This document shows positions 11,611 to 25,062 of a stretch of 64,000 bases of DNA, piece after piece. Positions within the stretch are counted from its first letter, which is position 1, and each line of letters starts with the position of its first letter. Location of the stretch: the NCBI RefSeq assembly GCF_000711695.1, contig NW_013547013.1:124001-188000 (forward strand). Direction: 5' to 3'. The notes beneath the pieces were generated by a model. That model was not told the origin of the DNA and did no database searches. It saw nothing but the letters and a program-made list of their open reading frames with translations. The stretch is from Tilletiaria anomala UBC 951. Its lineage: Eukaryota. The translations under genes were made by a program, and so were the position numbers.

Positions 11611-14600
11611 TTACACGCCAGGACATTTGTCCGCCCTTGACAACTCGCCAGCCTTCTTGCTATTGCTACCAATTGCGTTGTAGCTATCATTTTTGCCTTT
11701 AGTGTTGCCGTTGCCGCACGCGCTGTTTTTCCTCTTGCCGCTCGACTTTCCAGCGCCATGGCCAATGACGACGGCGCCCGCAGCGTTATAGCGGATCTTA
11801 CTGCGCGCTGAGGACGAAGCCGTTGAAGCGCACCGCGCACCGCCGGGTGAAGACGTAGATTTGCTTGCTCCTGCGCTGATGTAGCTGCTACCCGACAGTT
11901 GCTTCCCGGTTACCGTCGTCCTGCTCATGGACGGATCTGCAAGTGTGTCAGTCCGCTTGCATGGTATGCCACCAATGTCGCACGTCCGCGGAAAAGGCAT
12001 AATTGGCACGTCGCTGCCACTGGACATCGTGCGGGTGCCGAGCGCAACTGTTTGCGAAGGGTCAAGAGTAACCGCAAGGAGACTCGAGCACTGTACACGC
12101 GGATGCTGCGCTTGGCCGAAAGGCGCTTCGACTTGTTTAGCCTCCTGTGCCCGTAGCGCAGCAAGACTTAGCGAGCGCTGTCTTTTGCTGTGCGCTGAAA
12201 CACGCTTGTCAGGCGAGAAAGCTTGTTCGGACGGCTCGCTCCACATTTGTTCTTCGTTGCCCTCTTCATCCTCTTCTTCTGTGAGGCTAAGTGAAGCGTC
12301 ATCATCTGCACCCCGCAACGAAGCGGCGCCAGGATAGGGTGTCAGGCGGTATAGCAGATCTTCCTCTGGTACCTCGTCAAAATTTTTTGGTGGCATGACC
12401 ACCTGTCCCTGTGGGGTGAAGCTGATGTGGTGCGCGGAATCCATCCGCCATTCTCCCACACCATGCCTTCCTGTCCAACGCAGGACTCTCAAGCTAGGGC
12501 AGCGTCGTGAGAGCCTAGAGGGAGACAAGGAAAGACATCAGCGCTTGAAAGACGTGGCAGTGTGCGTCAAGTGCTTGGCCGGCTCACTTTCGAATGTCAC
12601 GCTTGCCAGGAATCAGCAAGTTGAATGCGTTCGTTTGAGCCGTTGCGGCGCCAGGATACACGGGTATGGTGTCATGATGACTGCCTGACTCATGCTGTCG
12701 TCCGAGCGGGAGGCTGCTCGCCGAAACCGATACAGAGCAGTTACCCCGCTTCCTGATAGGGCTTGTCTGAGACGGTGCGCGTACAGCCTCAGTGGTGGCA
12801 CTACGGCTCCTGACGTGCGCGTAGTTGAGCGATGACCTTGCAGGGGAGGCTGCCGCGGCGCTTCCGATGGAATTTGCCTCATGCGAAGGCCTCCAATCAT
12901 TAATGGCGGGCAGCGAAGCCAAGGGGCTGCACGAAGGGCTTCCGAGGCTCGTGCCGACCGTAGCAAAGCTCGACCGACTGCTGTTGTGAATCATGGAGAA
13001 GCTCCGAGTGCTGCTGCTGACGGGTGAATCGCTGGCGGTTGAAGTGGAAGCGACGCCGGGTGAAAGCACTTCAGGGAGGACTGAGGATGGGTCCTGCGCG
13101 AAAGGGCCCAACGACGGGCTCGAAGTCAACTGTGGCGCTAGTGATGTCGCGTCAACACTGAGCACACCAAGTGGACGCGGACAATGCTCTTCTTTGATCG
13201 TAAGGGATACCGTGTCCAGACACGTGAGTGGGACCAGCGACGGCGACAGATTGAGCTTCAGTAGAAGGAGATAGCGTATGAGCATGGGGTGTAGCGAGCC
13301 TGTCGAAAACATACATGAGTTGCACTCACTAAAGTCATAAAAGGCGCATCCAAGAATGCATGCAGTTCTTTCAGTGTCCTGCAGCTGTCAAAAATCAACT
13401 TGAGCTGATCAGAGTCAATCAAGAAGAAGTCAAGCTGTGATGCACCGTGGAAGATCATCAATATATGTCAAGTAGCAAGAGTAGCGGAGGCCCGTCCGTC
13501 ACTCACGCTCAGGTGCCGAAGAGTTGCACCGTGTTGCCACAGCAAGTCCAGATGCTGCGCTGGCAGTAGCCGCGGGATCGTAACAGCGTCCACAGGCGGA
13601 AGCGCCGCAAAGCCGGTCTTGGTCGGGGCTGCGGAGAAGAGGTTCGTGTGTGCACGTTCCTCCTCGGACGACGAGGCCTGCGCAAATACATTCGGGGTGA
13701 TGTGGAACTGCGCGGGGAGCTCGCGCGACACGACGAGCTTTCTGAGCCCTTGTGGCACTCGGACGGCCTCGCTGATCGAGTCGAGATGGTCTGTGATCCA
13801 GCTGTGGTGCGCGCAAGATTCGTCGAAGGAGACGACGAGGTTTTCAAAGCTCGGCGAAACCTTGTGCACCCAGTCGATCTTGCTCCAGAGCCGCTTCGAA
13901 AGGCGTCCCTCGACTTTGCACAGTTCAAGCGTCTGCAACCGCTTGCAGCCGTGCATGACCGCGACGATGCCCTTGTCGGTGACCTTGGTGCCGCTGCTCT
14001 TCAAACGCAATTCCTTCAGCTTGCGTGCACCACAGCATTCAGCCAGTCTCTTGAGCAATGAGTCCTCGACAAATTTGAAGTCAAATGTGACAGACTCAAG
14101 CAGTGGCAGGTCGGACAGCGCGCCTGCAAGGATACGCGCACCGTCAAGCGTCAAGTTTGCGAGAGCAAGGGTGGAGAGGTGGTGCAGCTCATACAGCTGG
14201 CGGCATTCGAACCGAGCGGGCGGATCAAAGTCCAGCAGTGGGGAGCCATGCATGAATCCAGCCAATGGAACAGATGCACTCGAGCTGTGGGACAGGTCCT
14301 CGCATTCAGCCCCTCCAAAGTCAGAAATGGACAGCGCTCGAGTTTGACGGGCGAGCTGCGAATCATCTTCACCGTCTTCTTCGAGTGTGTCGACAAAGTC
14401 GAGGCCAAGCACTGATGTGGCGATGGGATCGAAGCGAAGATCCTCGTGTGCGGGTCCAAACAGGCCTAGACCGTGAATCGTAGTCCCATCGTACTCGAAA
14501 TCGTGCATGAGCGTGGGGAGACTTGGACTAATACTGTTTTGACGAGCTGCTGGTGCTGCCTGGTCAGCCGCATGAGCGCGACAAGCGAGAATGCTAAGAT

Positions 14601-15457
14601 TAGGTGCCACAGAGCTTAGGATTTCGCACAAGGAAGGAGAAGGCTCTCGTCTGCTCGCCCTGCAAATCAGATGCATTTGTCAAAAGGCACTTTGCGTTGT
14701 GTATGTGCTTCACGACCGAGAGAGCGCGCATAGCGTGTACCCACCACACGAAGCCTTGCAGATTTGGAAATCGAGATAAGAGCGTGCTGAGACTCGCAGG
14801 TGAGAGAGGTACAAAATCCAAGTCGCTGTCGGTACGAAGCTCTGCCTGCCGAAGTGCCTGACGGATGATGATGCCAGCCACATGTTCGGCGTACTTGTCC
14901 GCTCGAGTGAAGGCGTTGGCAAGCGCGCTGCATGAACGCTGCGCACTCGGTATTGACTCCTCATTATCAGTATCTGCATTTGGACCACCTTCACTGAGCA
15001 ACCTGTGAAGCTCCGCTTCATCGTCCGGCACCAGCAACGTGCTGTACAGCTGTTGACAGGTCGCATATGCGAATTGTTTGGAGACGAGGAGAAGCGGTAC
15101 GGCCGTACTGGGCTCAGCACGGATGACAGTCGCTAGTAGGTCTATTCGGTTGACGAAAGGAGTCATAAGCCGGGCATTAACCAATCAGAGCCAGTTCGCA
15201 CCGTGTTCAGGCGGATACAGTCGCTGCATGTTAAAGCAATCCGACTCACAATTGAAGAGAGACTTCGGTAAGTCTTGTATGCCCAAGCTAGGCTCAGAGG
15301 CAGAGTTAGCAGCCTTGCCGGAGATTGAAGCTTTGGGGCGACTGCCACTGCTACCACCTGAGGGCCCTGATCGTTTGGAGGCCTTGCTTTTCATGGCTGT
15401 CAAAGGTGTGCGGACATCAGCTTGACGCTTCACGCTGTTGAGCATACGAAAAGCCAT
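11611..15457 (-). CDS. F-box / leucine-rich-repeat (RNI-like) protein, multi-exon
   Basis: Intron 15142-15249 joins 'IQDLPKSLFN|YLLATVI...LLLVSKQFAYATCQQLYSTL', which is F-box-like. LRRs include 'LKELRLKSSGTKVTDKGIVAVMHGCKRLQTLELCKVEG', 'CRTLKELH' and 'CPSLRVLRWTG'. Built from ORFs 14600, 13468, 13258, 12584 and 11611; internal exon limits are approximate. Confidence 0.72.
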
Positions 15458-16454
15458 GGAAAGTATTCAAGTGAAAGAATACCAGCAAGTCCCTTTGTAA
15501 AAGTACAAGACTATTGACTATTGCACGAGAGTCTCGCGCCTTTGAGCATACAAACAGACCCCACTCTGCGAGAAGGCTTCCAAGCCTATTGGGCTCTCAC
15601 GTTCGTATCAGTGGGAATTGAGACGAACACTTCGCAACGCACAGTTACCATAACTCGGCAAACCACATGTGGATGCCAGATGCTTCGTCTTGCGTACAGC
15701 GGCCACTATGGAGCTCGCTGCACAAGCAGCACGCTTGACTATCAACCATGTGGCTTCGATCGTGTTTTCTCGTGGAGCCGTCATGGATGCCTTGAACTCG
15801 CATGCACGCAAGCAATGGCTAAACTCCGGCTTGCTGATCACACCCGCGAGCTACCAAGGGCGGGCAGGTATCTTGTGTGCTTTCTCAGCAGCTGCAAACA
15901 TGACTCCGGGGCGTCTTCGTGGGCCGTTTCTCCCCTGATTTCACATGAATGCATCTGCCTCGGATGCGTTGCTTCATCTCAGACTAACATATGCAATACG
16001 GAGGGAGGGATGATCTGGCGTATTTGACGAGTCCGAGTGACTCGGGGGACCATGTCAGCCAGCAGTCAACGCGTTGCGGGGTGCGCTCTCGAGCCACAGG
16101 ACAGCCGCAGGCCGCAGCCACCCAATAAATACGTATGAGCGCCATAACCACCCCATACTGACTACTAATGGTCAAGCAACACCCATATACCTTCAACCCT
16201 AATCTACCCCAATTGCTGGCCGACGCTGGCCTGTTATAGCCGCTTGTTCCGAGGTTCCGCCTCTCGTACTCACACTTCACACCCACCAGATTCAGATTCT
16301 GGGATCCTATATTGTGTTGCCCTCGAGAGAGTGATCGCCTCATCTTCACGCCCAACGACGGTGGTGAAAGGACACGTCAACCGCCACACCAGTTGCCAGC
16401 TCGTATCGGACCCGCAGAGAGAAATTCTATCCACGGTGATCAGAACTCGCAAAG

Positions 16455-17718
16455 ATGATCGCTCCCTTGCGTCTGTGCGCCCGCAGGTCGGCCGTCGCAT
16501 CGGCCGCACCAGTCTCCATGCGTGCGCTCTCTGGTTCTGCCGTCCGCCTTTCCTCCGCGGGGAGTTGCAACTACAAGAACATCATCGTCTCGGACGTTGC
16601 AGATGGAAAAGTCCGCTTGATCACGCTCAACAGGCCCAAGGCGCTCAATGCGCTCAACTCGGAGCTCTTCCACGAGCTCAACGATGCAACCGACAAGGCG
16701 GACAATGACCCGGCTGTCGGCGCGATCGTCCTCACGGGCAGCGACAAGGCCTTCGCTGGTGCGTTTCCTCCTTCAGGGGCGCGCCATCTCTTGGCGCTAG
16801 TATTGCGCCGGATTGCTGCTGTGGTGATTGCTAACGAGTCTCCTTGAGCCCCCGTTATGACTTGCAGCCGGCGCGGACATTAAGGAAATGAAGGACAAGC
16901 AGTATGGTGAGGCATACAAGAACAACTTCCTTGGCCATTGGACAAAGATATCTTCAATCCGAAAGCCCATCATTGCAGCTGTCAGCGGGTATGCGGTAGG
17001 TCGCTGAAGAACTTGGAAAAGCCATAGACGTGGAAGTTGTAAAACTGACTCTAACGAACCCGCGATACGTCCGGGTGATACCCAGCTTGGAGGCGGATGC
17101 GAGCTTGCGATGATGTGAGCAGAAACTGTGTTTGACAGTTTCTAAAGCGCTCCAGGTACTGATCCAAGGAATGCACGTGTCATAATATTCCACTGTAGGT
17201 GCGACATCATCCTCGCTGCTCCAAACGCCAACTTTGGTCAACCGGAGATCAACCTCGGCGTAATTCCGGGTGCAGGCGGCTCGCAGCGTCTTACTAAGGC
17301 AATCGGCAAGTCGCTCGCCATGGAGATCATCCTGACGGGACGCAACGTCACTGCAGAGGAGGCCGTCGCGCACGGTCTCGCGAGCCGCATCGTCAAGGAG
17401 GGCAGCGTCGTCGATGAGGCGGTGAAAGTTGGCGCGACGATCGCAAAGAAGGGCCAGATCGCCGTGCAGGCTGGCAAGGAGGCCGTCAATGCTTCTTACG
17501 AGTTGTCACTCAACGAAGGCCTCCGATTTGAGAGGAGACTGTTCCAAGGCCTGTTCGCGACCAAGGACCAAAAGGAGGGGATGTCCGCCTTTGCGGAGAA
17601 GCGCAAGGTGAGCGCGGCTCTCTCGTGGAGCTGAGTGTATCCATATCACGCAACTTCTGCACGAACAGCGCTGACGCTCGCTTTCCTTTTCTCCCAGGCT
17701 CTTTTCACCAATGAGTAG
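16455..17718 (+). CDS. Mitochondrial short-chain enoyl-CoA hydratase (crotonase, ECHS1-like), 5 exons including a 29-nt exon at 17086-17114
   Basis: Motifs '[12 protein letters not shown]', '[12 protein letters not shown]', '[21 protein letters not shown]', '[21 protein letters not shown]' and '[21 protein letters not shown]'. Presequence-like N-terminus. Confidence 0.93.
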
Positions 17719-17895
17719 AACAGCGAACACCATAGCGTGTAAAACAGGACCCGCACATAGCCAATAGTTGTACCAATTCGAAAGGCACATATACTCAATT
17801 CCCAAGTAGCGGAAGCAGGAGCCACAAAGTACAAGTTTGACACGAATGACAGAAAACGAGGGGCAAGGATGTGTGGGGGGGAGGGGACAACGCGA

Positions 17896-20216
17896 TTATA
17901 CCTCCCACGCCTTAGGCTGCCCATCGTCGCGCTGGACGCCCCTTCTGTCCACCTCGCCACTGGCGATGCCTTCGCCGTAGCCGAGCCCGCCGTTGCCATT
18001 GATAAGCGGCGGCAGCAGCGTCGGGTGCGGGCCATTGCCGTTCTGCCGTTCGCTGCCGCTGCCCTTCAAGTCCGAGAGACCGATGACGTGCATAAGCTTG
18101 TGCTGCTCCTCGCCGACAGGATTATTGCGCAGCGCGCTGCCCCCGTCGGCCACCGCTAACGGCGCGGTGGCGGCATCAGCGTCGATCTGGCGCAGGCGCT
18201 CTGCGCGCGCTGCGCGCCTGCGCTGGTCTGCAGCCTCGGCGAGCGCGCGGTGCCGCTCGACCTCGTCGAGGATCGCGCGCGCGCCCTGGTCGTCAATGAG
18301 CACCTGCGCGACCTGTTCGCCGAGTCGCGCGGCGTCTGCGGACGAGCGGCAGACCGCGCAGAGGTACGCGTGTGAGCGGCGCGTCCCGTCGAGAGAGACG
18401 ACGTTTGCGGAGAGGTGCAGCCGCGCGCCTGTCGTCGAAGGCGGGGGTGTCGCGAGGTCGTCGAGAGAGACGCTCTCGGTTGTCGGCAGACGCGGCAGGT
18501 CCGAGGGCGCAGAATCGGCGGGGTCTGTACCTCTGGCTTCGGCGTCTGCAGCTTCTTTTGCACTCGTCTCGAGGCGCTCGATGCCTGAGCGAGACGACTC
18601 GTTCGTGGTCGCTGGGACCGCCAATTCATTCATGCGGTGTCCTTCCACCAGCAGGTCGTCTTCATCATCGGCGCTGCTGCTCTTCTCCTTCTTCGCTATC
18701 CTCGTCGTAGCCATCCGCCTCTGCTCTTCCGTCTCGTCTCCGATCCACGTGTCAACGCCGACGGGGATGCTGCAGCCTCCTTCTAGCGTGCGGAGCAGCG
18801 CGCGCTCCGCCTCGCATCTCCACGTCGACTTCCAGCAGCCAATGGTGGCGATGATCTGCGCGATACGCTTGTCACGATTGTTCGCGGAAGTTGCTCCGGG
18901 CGGTGGGGAGCGTACCTCGATCGCGAGCGAGCCTTGGCCGACCGAGTAATACAGCACCGGCGGGCAGAGGTACGCGGTGATGCGCGTCTCGAAGGACAGG
19001 CGGTGTAGGCCCGCCGCGGCGAGGATCAGCGCCGTGTACGGGCCCGTGGGCGAGTCCAGCTTGGCGAGGCGGGTGTTGATGTTGCCGCGCACGTCGCTGA
19101 AGACCAACTTGGGGTAGCGACTGCGCAGCTGCGCGACGCGGCGCACAGAAGATGTGCCGATCACAGAACCTGGTGGAAGCTCGTCGAGGGTCTGCAGTTG
19201 AGAGAGAATTGCAATATTCAGCACCAGGATCCATGAAGAAAGGGATCATCTTGTAATGAGCAGTTGTCACGCACCCTGTATGGTAGACCATCCTTCATGA
19301 CCAATGCATCCCTCGGATCCTCTCGCTCAAGAATAGCAGCGATCTCCAGTCCGTCGGGCAAGGTTGTGGGTACGTCTTTCAAGCAGTGCACGATGGCATC
19401 GACTGCACCAGCCTTGAGTGCCACCTCGAGCTCTTTGGTCCAGATCGCCTTGCCCTCTCCGCCAATGACGTACAGCGGCGAGCGCTGGTTCTGGTCGCCG
19501 GCGGTGGACATGGAGGTGATGGGGAAATGGCACGGCTGCTGCAGTTCCAGTGCGGAGATATTTTGTGAGAGCACCTTGAGCGCCTCTTCGCTATGCACAC
19601 CTTTACTACTGCTGGTGCTGGCGGCATGGAAGAGCGGACTAGACCGGCCGTACCTGGCTTCAAGCATGCTGTGCACATGGCTCGACTGGATGAGCGCCAG
19701 CTGGGAGTTGCGACTGGCGAGGACCAAGCTGTGCTGGGGGTCGAGTTCGAGCGACTCGCCTTGCCTCAGCGGGCGCACGTTGGCGTGCTCTTTGAGGTAC
19801 TCGGCGTGCGAGACGAGCTGGCCGTTGCGCGCGCTCTTGATGAGGTCTGTATCGCTGCCGGAGCGCGAGATGGGTGGCGTAGACGCAAGGTCTTCTGGCG
19901 TGCGGTAGAAGACGCAGCGCTCGGCGAACGGTGGCTTGAGCGATGAGGCGGGTGCTGAATGCGTCGGTGGGTGACCCGGCGGCAGGGGCTGCGAAGGAGC
20001 GTGGTGGACGACGGGGCACTGGGGTGCTTGCAGGGTGGCAAAGTGCATCTTACCCGATGCAGTTTGCGCCAAAGGGCTCGACTTGGGACTGCGGGCTGCC
20101 GAGTTGCCCCCGCTCTGCTGGCTACTGCTGCTGTTGCTGCTGCGCTTGAGCCGGCTGCCACTGGTGGACGAGCCCTGGTGGGGTGGAGGCGGTGGGAGCT
20201 GCTCAAGCATGGCCAT
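17896..20216 (-). CDS. HEM3: Porphobilinogen deaminase (hydroxymethylbilane synthase) with long extensions and insertions; intron ~19194-19275
   Basis: Motifs 'LASRNSQLALIQS', 'TAGDQ...WTKELE', 'VHCLKDVPT', 'REDPRDALV', 'GTSSVRR', 'RGNINTRLAKLD' and the cofactor Cys in 'LEGGCSIPVG'. The start codon is uncertain. Confidence 0.93.
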
Positions 20217-21087
20217 TGTGGGGGGGGGGACTGGAAGAGGATGGCTAGCGCAGACGAGTTGGGAAAAGTTGGCTGCCTGACAAGCCTGGGGTCGCAGACT
20301 GCTTCCAACGCCGGCGCAGAGGGAGGAGGGCAACTCGGCGATCTCTCCTTACGCCGAGCTTTGGACAGACGAGAGCATAGGAGTGTCCGGTGGTGTCCCT
20401 TGGAGAGGAAGAAGCGGATGGTCAGCAGCTGTCCTCCTTATGATAATCCTGACAAATGCAAATCCACCCATGCGCTACTCGCTGGAAACCCGGGGAGCCC
20501 CGCCCCGTCACGCCACGACCAACATAGTTTCCGGTGATTTTCCCTATTTCTCCTACAAGACCACTCACCGCCTCGTCCTCGGCTTGTCTCATACATGGAA
20601 ACGTCGTGTCTCTAATAGGCTGGCTCATCGTCAAGCAACAAAGAGGGGCTGTGAGCTTGATTGCCGTTACATTCATTACTATCTTCAGCTCGGTGGCACA
20701 TGACTCCAAGTGTCTTGCAGCCGAGTACATGATCACAAGGGTCTCGTGTTCTTTGCCGTTCCACAGAGGCGGTCTTGTGATGGGCATCGCCCTTCCCCAC
20801 TTGCCTTGGGTCAAATTAGCACTCCAGAATGGCTGGAATGTTTGGGAAGCGAAACGAGCGAAATGCCGTTGAATCGTTGCTCTCATCATCCATCAAATAT
20901 GCCCGTAATACGCAGTACAGATATAGTACAGGACGGCTCCATCGCTCCCTCATTCCTATGTTGGGTATCCTTCCACCGTGATGGATCCATTCGAGTCGAT
21001 GCGATGCAATCCAAATTTTGATGAATAGTAATGATAGTCTGCAAGAGGTTAGGTGCTAGATGAGCGCCTCCTTGACGAGGTTGGCCG

Positions 21088-24000
21088 TTATCCATTGAAA
21101 CGCAATACGGAGTTTACACGACCTGCATAACTGGCCGTGCCGGTGCTGATGATGTGGCTGCTGCCGATACTGCCATCCTTGCTGCCGTGCTCTTGGTGGC
21201 GGTGGCGATGGCGTGCATGCATAGCCTCCTGCTCTTGCAAATAACTTACGTACTGCGGCGTGCAAGTAATCCAGCAATCGGAGGAGCGGGGGAGGAGGTG
21301 CATCAGCACCGCAGTCTGAAACAAGCAGCATGGTGCACTCACGTCTACGATGAACTTGACCTGCTCGGCCGTCTCGATTGCCTTTGGGCTCCTGCGCCTC
21401 CGGATGGTGTCAACGAGCCGCTCAACCGTGTCGAGCACGACCATCCGCTGCTGCTGTTTGTCTTGTGGAAGCTTCCGCATGCCCTCTCCCTCTCCCTCTG
21501 GTGACTCGAGGGCGGAGCGGACGAGGCCCATCTTGAGCATCCATGTGCATGCGATGAGCCCCGCGCGGCCGACACCGCCCCTGCAATGGACGAGCACCGA
21601 GACGCCTCGGAGAGAGTAGTCCATGACAACGCTCGTGATCGCGCGGTCGACCGCGACGTGCGATGTCGGCGCAAAGCCCTCGGCGACGGGGAAGCGCACG
21701 ACGTCGATGCCGAGTGCGTCGGCGCTCTGCTCGTACTCGTGCCACGGCGCGCCGAGGAACGCGAGTTCCTCGTCGTCGAGGCAGCAGACGATCGCGCCGA
21801 CGCCGATATCCTGGATCCGCTTCAGGTCCAAACCGAGATCACGGCAAATGGCGCCGCGGCCGCGCACGGGGCCCGTCAGACGTACCTTCTTGCCCGGGCA
21901 CGAGGAGAGGAACAAGTTGCCGACCGGCGCGGCTGCGTACGTCTGTGAGCCGAGCGAGACGCTAGCTTGCGCTTGCGCCGCGAGCTCCTGCGCTTGGATC
22001 TGCGCTTGCGACAGCGGCGCTGCGGCGGCGCCCTGGCTTGCACCGTTCGTCAGACTGTGCGCCGTTGCAGGGGTGGACGATGTGCTGATTGTGCGACACG
22101 GCGGCACCTCGGCTGGCGCGGCACCAGCCGCGGCGGACGCGGAGACAGCGACAAGGTTGATCGTCGGACCGGCGCGGATGAGCATGTCGCCGCGACGCTG
22201 CGCTTGTACGTGCTCGTCGACGCCATCCTGTGATGGGCCCGCGAGCGCGGCGGGAGCGCTGCAGCACAGCTGCTGGCGGATGCGCTGCGGGAGCGTGTCG
22301 TAGATACCCGCGGCGACGATGTCCATCAACTGCACGGGTACGATCGGGCTGATGTTGATTGGATGCGTGTCGCTCGTCTTGACCGCCGCACCGCCGATCG
22401 TCAGCGGGATCGACGCGGGCGCTACAGTTGTCGGATGCGCCAGGGCAGGCTCAACCGCCGTGGCGGTGCGATGCGCTTGCGCAAGCGTCGGCTCGAGCTC
22501 GTTCGCGAGGATGACCCCCTCGCTGAGCGGTCCGTTGCTGATGACCACCTCGGACCCGGCGCGCTTGGCCTCATCGTCCGTTTGCGAGCGAGAGGCCGCC
22601 GGGCCTACAGCAGCTGAGTCGGCGCCGTGGAGCTGTCCGCTCGCGCTTCCGTATCTGTTGGCTGAGCCGGTGCCGTTCGCGAGTGCGCGAGCGTCGCCGC
22701 TGACGCTGTGTATCACGACGTCCTCCTTCGCGCTCGCACCCATGTTTGCATTTCCGTGCGCAAAGCCACCGCCATCGGCGTCGGCCCTGGCGCGCGGACT
22801 GGCGCGCGCAAGCGCCTCGGCCATGACAGAGTCGCGGCGGCCGAGGAGGATCTCACTGCCTACGCTGCTGCTACCGCTGTCCCCGCCCCCTGGGGCAGCA
22901 GGGTCGCCGCTGGCCTCGGCCTCTTGCTCAAGCTCGTCTTTGGCCTGCTGGCTGCGCTTGGTACCTGCGCTGGCTGCAAGGGAGGGGCTAGAGTCGGAGC
23001 CGGATGCGGCGCCGTTGGTTCGCCCGCTGAGCGGGGGACGCGGAGTGGTCGACGCAGCGGAAAACGCGAGGGCTGGGACGGGCCCGCGGCGTACGACTTT
23101 TGGCTTGCGTAGCTGGCGCTCGCCGGCTCTGCGCTCGTTGATCTGCTGGTTCTGCAGCGTCGTCGCTGCGACAGCCGGCTGTTGCAGCGTGAGCGGGATG
23201 TACGGCCAGGGAGAGCCTGTCGGGAGGAAGCGATGGGCGAGAGGCGTGGCCGGATCGCAAGAGGAGAAAGGGGGAAGGGTAGGAAGGTTTGTCAGCCGCT
23301 CGTGACCGGAAAGAAAGCTGCAAGGTAAAGAAAAAGGGAAGCGCAAACGCCAAACGCACCATTGATGCCGTACTTGAGAATACTGTACGGACTGAGATGG
23401 TGCTGGCTTGCGAGCCTGCCGAGCTCGGTGAGGCGCACGAGGTCCTCTCCGGGGTGCGAGGCACGGCGTGCGACCTCGTGTGCCTCGCGCTCGATCGCGT
23501 CGCGGTGAAGGTAGTCTTGTAGAGTCGGCGCCTGGCCGACGACTAGGCCTGTCGGCCCTGGCCACGGAAGCGGCTGCATGGACAGGTGGACGGGCGAAAG
23601 AGCAGCGCCTGGGCCACTTGCACTCCCGTTCTCTGCGGTTGCGCCGGTACTGGGCGCAAACGGAAAGTGGAAGGTCCAGGACGGCGCGCTGGGCGTCACG
23701 GGCGTCGTGGTACCCACGAGGCCGAGCAGGCTTCCCCCTCCGCCTCCGCCCCCTGAGGCTACTCCTGCTGTTGCTTCTGTCGCTGTGGCCGTGGACGTGC
23801 CTGCGCCGGTCGGCGTCGGGGGGAGCGAGAGAAGTCTGGCGTGCGACGGTAGCGTCGGGAGCGCGCTTGCAGCCGCGCCCGCGCGTGATGAGCGCGGTGC
23901 CGCGGCAGCGGAGGAATCGGAAGTTGAGAACAGGGACGCTTCCGAGGATGCTGCTTGTCGTGGTAGTAGTGCTGTTGCTGATACGGGCGCGGATGCTGGT

Positions 24001-24329
24001 GCAGATAGTGGCGACAAGAATGGCGGCACTGCAGGTGGTGGGAGAATTGTGTCGAGGCGCGTCAGCGGCGGGACGACCAAGGCGGGCGGCGGCGCGGACC
24101 GCGATGGGAGGGGGAGTGTGCTCAGCGCGACGACGTGCGGTCCAGACATTGCGGAGGCTGCCGAGTGCACTGGGGTCTCCAGTGGGGTGAAGGTCGTTGT
24201 GTGCGTCGCCGCCGCTGTCGGTCTTGGTGTGGAGGGCAAAGGCGACGGGGAGGGGCGAGGAGGCAGGGGTGGTGGCGATGAAAGTGCTGCAGCGCCGGGT
24301 GCTGCAGCTGCTGACGCCGAAAAAGCCAT
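21088..24329 (-). CDS. Cys-based protein phosphatase (CDKN3/KAP-like dual-specificity type) with a long low-complexity N-terminus; introns 23217-23359 and 21253-21342
   Basis: Catalytic CX5R loop 'VHCRGGVGRAG', plus 'GNLFLSSCPGKKVRL', 'CCLDDEEL' and 'IRRRRSPKAIETAEQ'. The splice 'KYGIN|GSPWPYIP' joins ORF 23292-24329 to the 21088 frame. Confidence 0.82.
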
Positions 24330-25062
24330 GAAGATGTGCTTCTGCGTGTCCGGGAGGCTTTGCTTTGCCTGTGGGGGGCGCTATTGCAAGTGTGCTGGAT
24401 ATCAACAGGGGGCGGGGTGATGTGCTTGGAGGCTGATGAGATAAAGTAGATGAAAGCGAATAAAGCGTAGTGTGCCCGGCCCGTTGCAGGCTGTGGTTCG
24501 ATAGGATGGGAGGGGGAGCGCGCAGGTGTGTGTCGAGGAATGGATTCACGTCGAGCTGGCTGCTGACCCTTGCGAGTCGGGGCGGTGGTATGCGATGATG
24601 GATAGGGCGACGTGGCCAGGCGCGTGCGAGCGGAGGTGCAGGGGTGGATGGTGGCGGTAATGCGAGACGCGAAGAGAGAGAGGGAGCCAAAGGCTGGACT
24701 GGAGCAGATGATGGTGCACAGATGGCCGGGAAGAAAGAGAGGGGGCTGCAACAACCGCGACGACGACGACGATGATGATGGAGAAAGGAGCGGTTGGTGT
24801 GTGGTGTGTGTCGGTAGGTCTGCGACGAATTGGATGAGAGCGGCGGCGCGTATGTTTAGCATTGGCGGGGCGAGTCAGTCAGCGCGCTCTATCGATGCCA
24901 TGTGAAGCGATGTGATCAAGTCGAGTGCTCTGCTCTACTCTGCTCTGGTGCCTGTGCCTGATGGCTAGCGGCGGTGGCAGCTGCCGATTCCGCGTTCCGC
25001 TAGGCTCATCATATGAGTGTCTGTGCGGCGTGCAGCACTTGCTCCTGTGGCGGCAGAGGCAG

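Noticed and set aside
14600..15457. Two in-frame ORFs separated by a single TGA (15185-15187), suggesting readthrough or selenocysteine
   Set aside because: The stop lies inside a canonical GTGAGT...TAG intron (15249-15142), and removing it rebuilds an F-box motif.
21088..24690. 1200-aa ORF taken as one protein
   Set aside because: Its N-terminal ~490 aa is an Arg/Pro-rich shadow frame plus intron sequence. The real first exon is ORF 23292-24329, spliced at 23359/23217.
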